From positions 61,878,001-61,942,000 of the forward strand of contig NC_087436.1 of NCBI RefSeq assembly GCF_036321535.1: a DNA stretch of 64,000 nucleotides. The letters are read 5' to 3'. Of the stretch, positions 60,361 to 64,000 are shown piece by piece. This DNA is from Camelus dromedarius (Eukaryota). The notes under the pieces were generated by a model, which saw only the letters and a list, made by a program, of their open reading frames with translations, made no database searches and was not told the DNA's origin. Both the position numbers and the translations under genes were made by a program. Position 1 is the stretch's first letter; each line of letters opens with the position of its first letter.

Positions 60361-62812
60361 TTATTTCCCTCCTATTGCTAAAGTTGAAATAGAGTTTGTT
60401 ATTAGGTTCCCCCTACCCTTTCTTATGCAATTTCTTCTGGATTATTTGGCATTTTATCATCATGAGGAAGCCAAGGTGAGGCAGAAAACATTGTACTGGG
60501 AGGAGGAGGGTTCAGAGGCAGGGGCAGCTAGAATTCAATAATAAGATATTAAATTTAGCTAGGTGAGATTTGTTTGTTTTCTTGCAAAGAGTGAATTCAC
60601 CATTACTTTACATAAGGAATATAAACCAGTTTTATGGTGTTTCTGTTTATTTTATTTACTTCTATATTTATATTCACTTTTTGCTAAAAGGATTTGAAGT
60701 GGCCCATTGTAAAAACATAATTCACTAAGACTGAACCATTAACTGAGAATTGTTCCTACCGAGCATGTATTGCACTCCAATTCTATGTTGTATTTGAAAA
60801 TGTCCTTGCATTTTAAAAATTAGAGTTGTAAATGGTTTGAAAAAAATGTCAGCTCTACAAAACTGCATATGTCTTTTCCTTCCTTTCCTCTCTGGCTAAC
60901 CTTCTGACATTGTAGTAATTGGAAAGAAAAGAAACTTTATATATAGTATGTGTTGCAGACTTACATAAAGCCATATAAAAAAGTATTTGTAATCACTTTT
61001 TTTCATCAGATGGTATGTATGAATTGATTTTGTTTAGAGGTGTACACATAAGTATGCATGTATATTCAGTTATGAAGAGGAAAGTGGTATTTTTGAAGGT
61101 GACTGTGTTATAGAGGTTTTGTTTTTTAGGTATGGCTAGAACATCTAAAAAATTAAATTTGGGGCTTGCTTACTTACTGATTTTATAATTTCAATCTGAA
61201 ACTTCATCACTGTTTTTTTTTTTGCCACCTTACACCAGAGACTATGCCAGTCAAATAGCTGTAACTCTTTTTGTTCCATTTTCTGCAATAGTTTCCAGGC
61301 TATAAAAAGTCTACCAGATTGCTTATGGGTCTAATTTACTGACTCAATAAATCTGCCCCATAACTTGATTGACAACAGTGAGTTCACTAATTTCTAGCAG
61401 AAATTTTAGACAAAAGTGTCAGCTCAGGACTCCTCTTCTTGGGTGAGGGCACAATGATGCCCCCTATACATACTTTGACCTGGCTCCACCAGTGATGATC
61501 TTGCCACGTCACTTGGTGTCCAATAGACCCAAAGGACATTGATCTGATATTTGTAATCATTAAAGATCTCCAAGCCTCACTGTAGAAGAAAGAAAAGTAT
61601 TGGAATTTTGAAGTTATTTTAGCTCTGTATTCTATGTCTTTTTTGGTCCTCAGAAATATACTTAGATTTGACTGGCTTCAAAGTATATGTAGATTGGATT
61701 GATCAAAATAAAGAGAGCTGGTTTCAATTTTTATTTTTTAACATCCAGTGTGACAGATGCGGGATTTTTATAAGAGGTTCAAACACAAAGAAGCAAATAT
61801 CTATTTTAGCTAATAAAATAGCCATTAAAGAAAGTTGAAGAGGTTCATTACAGTTCTGATCTGCTCATTCCATTAAAGAAATTATTAAAGATTGCTTCGG
61901 GATGTGGCCAAAGTAATGAAGTACTCTTAATAAATGTCATTCTTACAACTAATGGCTTCTGAGTAGCCGTTTTAAGTTTTAAACCTTTTAAACATTTTTT
62001 TGAATATTTATGATTTGGGGAAAGAAACTCTACTTATTTAGTATGTATCCCCTTGTATATCTCTATGAATGCATGTTTATATGTGTGTGTATGTATACAA
62101 GGCACTTCAACTGTAATCTGGGGATTCAGGTTGATTCTAATTCCATCAGTGTGCACTTGAAATTGGAACAAATAGATGTTACTAAAATGTGCCCAACTTC
62201 ACACTTCTAGCTGTCTTCTTTTACATATTTAATTTAGTTCTTTCCAAATCTCCACAAAAAAAGAAGGTCACAGCCAAATATAAGATATGCGAATTTCATG
62301 AGGGCAGGGACTCATGAATATTTTGTTTGCCCCCAATTCCAAGAAAGGTGCCTGGAACATAGTTTAAGAATTACAAGTGCAGGCTACAGAATAATATTGC
62401 CTGAAGGGGACTCTAGCACTGTCACTTACTTGCTATGTAATGGTGGGTACATTGCTTAACTTGTTCATGCCTCAGTTTCCTGAAATGTAGAATGGATCTG
62501 ATATCCGCTGCTATCCTTGTATCTAGGCTGTATCTATTCCTAGTGTGCATGATGACTTCAATTCCAGCAAGATTTTGTATACTCCACTAACTGGATCATG
62601 AACTCAACTGAAACTAATTTTTAGTTTTCTCCTATCAATTAATAGCCCATTTGAAAATTTCCCTTTGAAATCCCGCAGATTCTTTTATTGAATAGTTAAA
62701 TAACTGATCTGCTAATCTCATATAGAGTGGGTTTTGTGTTAACCTCTTTCTTCCACTTTATATGTCCTCATGGTAGTATACAAATTGTTGGAACTCTTAA
62801 GCTAAATATTGT

Positions 62813-62841
62813 GTGTATGGTGTGTGTGTGTGTGTGTGTGT
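62813..62841. repeat. (TG)n microsatellite
   Basis: Directly visible. Confidence 0.9.
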
Positions 62842-63553
62842 TGTATGTTAGTAGAAAGAGTAACCGTACTTATTGGTATGGTATAACAATACTCCCCCTT
62901 TTTTTACAGATCAGTGTGGGCATCTGCCTGCTCAGATAATAGAACACATCAGTGCTTTAAATTGACATGACATTACACTAGCCAACTCACATGACTCACA
63001 TTTTTCTTGGAAAAAAAAAAAGAAACAAAAATCATGCTTTAATAGAAAAAGCATGCATATTGTTGTCTGGTTTAAAAATATAAGAATTATTTTGTTCTCT
63101 CTTTTAATTTCGCAATATTCTCCATCTTCCTATAAGTGGAATGTTTCTCAGAGGGATTGAGTCTAAATTTTGTACTACAGGATGAAGAGATTAACCATGT
63201 AAAGGGATAAGAGAGAAGAGAGAAATACATGACTACATGGTTTCTCAGGGATAAGGTGAAATCTGCTAAATTGCAGTGAGGCCAACTGATTATGGTTTCA
63301 CTAGTTGCTGAGAGTCCTGGGGATGAGATGGCAGTTGTCTGCTTAGGAGTGATAATAGCTCCATCACATTGTTGGCAATATCAAAGGCTGCTGAGAGTTC
63401 ACCAAAGTTAGGGACTAAAAAGGATGCATTAGATTTGACTTTAAAGAGATCACTGGAGCTACGCAGTCAAGTGGTATGAATGATGTTCTACTATCCAGTC
63501 TATTATCTGAGCCTGATGGCAGAGGAGTAAGGAATAGACCTTTGCAATTCAAA

Positions 63554-63706
63554 CAGTGGTTTATGGCTCAATGGCATCAGCCCTCGCAAAGAGCTTGTTA
63601 GAAATGCAGAATTTCAGGCATCCCCTCACAACTGCTGCATCAGAATATGCATTTTAACAAGATATCCAGGTGATTGCTAAGCAAATTAAAGTTTGAGAAG
63701 CACTGG
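63554..63706. mobile_element. hAT-Charlie MITE, MER5A/B-like
   Basis: 'gagcttgttagaaatgcagaatttcaggc...catcagaatatgcattttaacaagatatccaggtgatt...aaagtttgagaagcactg'. Termini cagtgg.../...cactg. Confidence 0.88.
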
Positions 63707-64000
63707 TGTAGACACCAATTTTGAGAGCGTTGGTTATGAAAGAAAGGACAAAATAAGACAGTGGGTCTAAGGAAGAGATATAATTCATAAATTTTGTTAT
63801 TGTTGTTAGTATTATTGAACAGACTGAACACATGAAAAATGATGATAGGCAAGATTGAAAGTACAGATTACATCTAATGTCAACTATGAGCAAAATAGAT
63901 ATTATTTTCAGCATATAGATTTGGAAAAGGAGTCTCAGAGAGGTTCAGATACTCTGTCAGGTATAAAATGACATAATGAATCATTTTTTAAATGTGTCTC

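Overview
AT-rich, CpG-depleted eutherian mammal genomic DNA, either intergenic or deep inside a large intron. I recognise no protein-coding gene, structural RNA gene, CpG island or prokaryotic system. A large share of the window is decayed interspersed repeat: MIR, L2, old L1M/HAL1, MaLR MLT1, ERVL (MLT2, LTR16, LTR33), MER21/MER31-type LTRs, and Tigger and MER5 DNA transposons. There are also several younger cetartiodactyl-type L1 fragments. Their 3' tails, plus the absence of any recognisable Alu, B1/B2, Bov-tA/BovB, PRE1, SINEC or ERE SINE, suggest a camelid genome; this is inferred from recalled consensus, not from a search. The long ORFs in the track are mostly microsatellite or repeat artefacts. 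Best-supported observations: a 5'-inverted (twin-primed) L1 with an 11-bp TSD (30.2-31.5 kb); two tiny young L1 insertions with perfect TSDs (5.5 kb and 45.5 kb) that carry abutting, non-overlapping pieces of the same L1 3'UTR; a three-layer MIR>LTR16>MLT1 nest; and a ~357-bp polypyrimidine compound microsatellite. A non-repeat, CpG-retaining block at 22.26-22.95 kb has duplicated TF-like motifs, open frames on both strands and plausible splice sites, and is the best candidate for an unannotated functional element. I found no convincing novel biological system. Repeat family names come from visual recognition, and boundaries are approximate unless a TSD is quoted.
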